Source: Octopus vulgaris (taxonomy: Eukaryota). Taken from it: a stretch of DNA of 64,000 bases. The notes beneath the pieces were generated by a model, which did no database searches, was not told the origin of the DNA, and saw only the letters and a list, made by a program, of their open reading frames with translations. Within the stretch, counting starts at the first letter, position 1. Each line of letters starts with the position of its first letter. The stretch covers positions 95,170,001 to 95,234,000 of the forward strand of contig OX597820.1 of assembly GCA_951406725.2 (NCBI GenBank), in the 5' to 3' direction. Position numbers and translations under genes: made by a program. Below, piece after piece: positions 39,086-64,000 of the stretch.

Positions 39086-42000
39086 TATTTATATCATTAT
39101 TTGATTGAACGCCATGCATCCATTTCCAAGTATGTTTATCTATCTATATGTGTGTGTATGTGAAATGAATTGGCTGAGTCTTTAAATTGTCAGCCTTATT
39201 GTCATTCTGGCTCTCAGCACACTGTTCAGATATTACTGAAGTTGACTTTACCTTTCATCCTTTTTGGAGAGCTTGATATATAAAGTGTGTGTATGTGTAA
39301 GATTTTTCTTTTGTCCCATACAATCTTAATAAAATAACTAGCAGACAAAGTGTAAGGTCTCATATGTAATTAATTAAAATCTCTTGAAGTCTGTGTACTA
39401 CCATGGCTGCACTCTAACTGTTACCAATCAACAAATAGGTATCAGGCCATATTGTGAGCCGGGAAAGGATTAGCTAGTTACACTGGAATCACCACTTCCT
39501 AAATTCCAAAGATGTTTTAAGTGTCTGTAGTTATATGTATATATTTTTTTTATTAAGCTGATGAAAGATAGGATACATCTATCCTTGAGCCAGAGGTAAG
39601 TCTATCTTAGATGGAATTCTTCAGTTCTCTTAGGTAAGATGAAGTACATAAAATAAAAAAATTTAATCTTCTATCCTAACCCCACTCACTGCCAGTAAAA
39701 TGTCTATAATGAATTTGAACTGCAAACCCGTGAATTAGTTGACCCATATCATTTTCATCTTGTCATTCCCTTTGTATATACAGTAGGGTAGTAAGAATCT
39801 GTAGGGAGAGGTTAATAGCAGGTCTTCAGAGAAGAACCCACACACACACACACTTATGCAAGTGTTTCAGACCTTAAGTTCTTTCACGCTAAAGGGGGTC
39901 TGCCCACATCCAGGTTATTACTCCTGGATACCCTTCTGTTGCCGCTTTCTATCTGTATTGCAACTCTCCTTATGGTTTCATGTCTATCTAATATTTGCCG
40001 GGAAAGGGGTTCAGAGTTTTTTGATATTGCTCAGCATCGTTCTCCTTAGCATTCTTCTTCATTTTCTTCTGTTTACAATTTAGGGGCCATAACCAACAAA
40101 AGATGTTGGGTTCTCCATACTGATCAATCTGCTTTTACTGTTGGTCTTTGTCTTTAGTAAAATCAGCAGCTTTACTGTCATCATTATCATCATCATCATC
40201 ATCTTCACCAACACCACCATTTTCATCATCACCACCACCACCATCATCATCATCTTATCCACTTTTCCATGCTGGATCACTGAACAGGACATTTTGTGGC
40301 AGTGTTTTACAGCTAGATGCCTTTCCTAATGCCCACCCTTTTAATTACTTCTTGTGGCACATAGAGAGTTATGGGGTACCTATTTAAAAATTAGGATATA
40401 CATGGTATTAAATCCAATATTGCTAGATCAATAGTTTGTGGCCATTTATTACCATAAACCAATCTGACTGATCAACAATCTTCCATCACCTTTTTTTTTT
40501 AATCAATAAAAAAAAACTATTTTCAAGAAATGGTACATGCTTAAAACTGGATAATGTTCTTGGGGAAAATATACAAGAGTTTTTGTTTACAGTAAATGTT
40601 GTGTTGTTGCTTTTATGGCTATGTCTTTATGTATTATATATTCATAAGCATTTTATATTTCATCAAATATTTTGAAAGTAAAAGATTTTGTCTTTCTAAT
40701 CCACAGATTACAAACTGTTGGTTTAATGCTGGTCATTAACTTGTGAAAAATGTCTTTTACAAATTCTCTGCAATATAATAATTGTCTGTAGCTTGATTTT
40801 ATACCACTGGCTATACAAAAGAGTAGCCAGTGATATATAGTATTTTGTGAATATATTTTACCAAGGATAAGATGCTAGACTACATATCACAAGTAAATCC
40901 CTCTACAATTAATGCTTGATACATACAATGTCTTGTGAGATGGAAACTAAATGGAAGTTCATCATGTCTGTTTGTGTTTTCAGAGATATTATGTTTCACT
41001 GTGGAGGTCTGATAAGATTGAAACATATCTGGTGTTGTCTCCCATACTTGCTAAACAAATCAGACAGCATTTCACTTCAGTCAATGATATTAGTAATGAA
41101 GAACTAATAAGGCAGTCACAGCATGATCAATCAACCTGTTAGGAATGGCTGTGCAGTCTTCCTCAAATGACACCCTAAAAAACACAGGAAACACTGCATA
41201 ATGTAATAATACTAAATATATTATGTCCGAAAAATAGAAGACAAGATTATCATAGATGAAATTCCTGCTGGATCATGACTGACCTAGGCTAAATAACTAA
41301 TAACATCTGTCCATTGACCCTACCTTATAAACTTACATTAGTAACAAATATAAGAATTGATTGATATATTAATTACAAATCTTTTAAATGTTTCCATAAT
41401 GTTTTTCTATGTGTGTTTTAAAACTAAACACGATTATTAAGGAATTTCTTGTCATTGATATTTCTTTTTTTCTGTTTGCTGCATATTTCTAAAGATGTCT
41501 TTCATAAAGAAAGGACGGCCGTTGTATCCAACTAAAAACAACATTAAAAAAAGAAAGAAACGTCCAGCATGGGATGTAAGTAATTTCTGTTTCGTCTTAT
41601 GACTTTCTCCACCAAATAGCATATCCAAAGGACAACCAACCATGAAATAAGTACTGTGTGTTATGTGTTGCCAGCATTATTAATTAACAAGATATGTAGT
41701 TCTTGACACCTGAGCTTAGGATTTACTAAGCTAGGTTGACCTAGCTTAGGATCTACTTAGGCAGATCCTGTTCTTAGTTAGATTCAGTTGTGTAAGCTGC
41801 AGTTGCCTGTGTTCAATTCTGTTGGCATAAAAGGTTTTGAGGCAGTCCTATCTGCCTCCTATCTCTTCCCAACAGTTATGCCTGAACCAATTGTTTCTCT
41901 TTTCTATTGTTAATAGAACTGACACCAACTAGAAGTTATTAGTGTTATGTTATGTATATATATATATAAGCATCTATATAAACACACATATACACATGTG

Positions 42001-42920
42001 TGTGTATGTATGTGTAAATAGGTGTATTTGTATTACATACATGAATAGAAAACTATAAATTTAAATAAATATAGATATATGGACAAGTGTTTCCTACTAT
42101 ATCCATGAGCCAATCAAAGCCATGTGAATGAATTTGGGAGATGGAAAGTGGAAGAAGCTTGTTGTGTGTGTGTGTGTATAGGCACATGGCTTAGTGGTTG
42201 GGGTACTCGGCTCATGATTGTGTGGTTGTGAGTTCAATTCCTGGGGGCACATTGTGTTCTTGAGCAAGACACTTTATTTCATGTTTCTCCAGTCCACTCA
42301 GCTGGCAAAAATAAGTACTATCTGTATTTCAAAGGGCCAATCTTGTCAATCTTGTCACTCTGTATCTCCCTGAGAAGGGTACATGTGTCTGTGGACTGCT
42401 CAGCCACTTGCATATTAATTTTACAAGAAAGCTGTTCTCTTGATTGTATCAACTGGATCATTATCATAAACGACTGAGTACCAGTACATATATATTTATA
42501 TATATGTACTCACACACACTTATAAATACATATACATACACACACACACACACATATATATATATACACACACACATGCATATGTGTGTGTTTGTGCCTC
42601 TTTATCTTGACATCACATGATAGTTATAAGTGAGTATCCCAGTTATACAAACTGATTTTTGTCTCCAATCTTCTGTGAAGAATATATTCAGTAATGGGGA
42701 AATATTACCTTGCTTAGAAACAGGCATCCTTCCATAAAAAAAATCAGCCTCAAAGAATTCTATCTGACTCATGCAAGCATGGAAAATTGAACATTAAAAT
42801 AATGATGATTATAATGTTAATTTGCATTGTTATGAATGTTTATATTTTAAGGATAATTTTTATAGTTAAAGCAAGTTTGTATGATTAGTTAGACTGCATG
42901 CTTATTTGAAACTAAGAGGA

Positions 42921-43120
42921 TACTGTATTTTCCGGCATACAAGTCGACATATATAGTGTAAACATTCAAACATTGTCATGATCTTTCCAAATTCTACTGC
43001 ATTTTACACAGAGATTTTTTGGTTCTTCAAAGTTGTCTTGGTGTATAAGTCATAAATCAACTGCCTTTTTAGGCTGTAAATTTAGGTCTGAAAAATTCAA
43101 CTTGTATGCTGGAAAATATA
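42921..43120. mobile_element. pogo-type MITE
   Basis: TA-CTGTATTTTCCGGCATACAAGTCGA ... TCAACTTGTATGCTGGAAAATA inverted ends; shares subterminal sequence with 34868-34922. Confidence 0.75.
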
Positions 43121-43197
43121 TGAGTTCAGTTAAGAAAGAGCACACCATCAGTTTGATTGAATTGTTTCTGTGAGAATGCTTTTCCATATTATTTCAG

Positions 43198-64000
<20,803 letters not shown>

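Noticed and set aside
40801-40836. Hairpin CACTGGCTA-N10-TAGCCAGTG
   Set aside because: Isolated 9-bp stem with no supporting context.

Overview
Eukaryotic, AT-rich, repeat-dense genomic DNA. It is most likely from an octopus or other coleoid cephalopod, inferred from the TGEKP-array C2H2 genes, the SINE/RTE families and the microsatellite load. Host genes: (1) two paralogous C2H2 zinc-finger genes, each with a single coding exon, in convergent orientation (3175-3939 +, 8 fingers; 14485-15501 -, 11 fingers); (2) a multi-exon + strand gene missed by the ORF track. I assembled it by hand from 11 phase-consistent GT-AG exons (43198 to beyond 64000) and recognise it as a SPICE1 (spindle and centriole-associated protein 1) orthologue. 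It has an anomalous 5' end near 36.3-36.8 kb and a Gln/Pro/His octapeptide coding minisatellite. The rest is layered transposon debris: RTE, CR1/Jockey-group and CRE-clade LINEs, Penelope-like elements, Merlin (ISXO2), pogo, mariner and piggyBac DNA elements/MITEs, two Helitron-like elements (one carrying a LINE ORF1-like cargo) and at least three SINE families. No tRNA/rRNA genes or CRISPR arrays were seen. All homology calls come from motif recognition and memory, not from database searches. I found no clearly new biological system, only the candidates ranked below.
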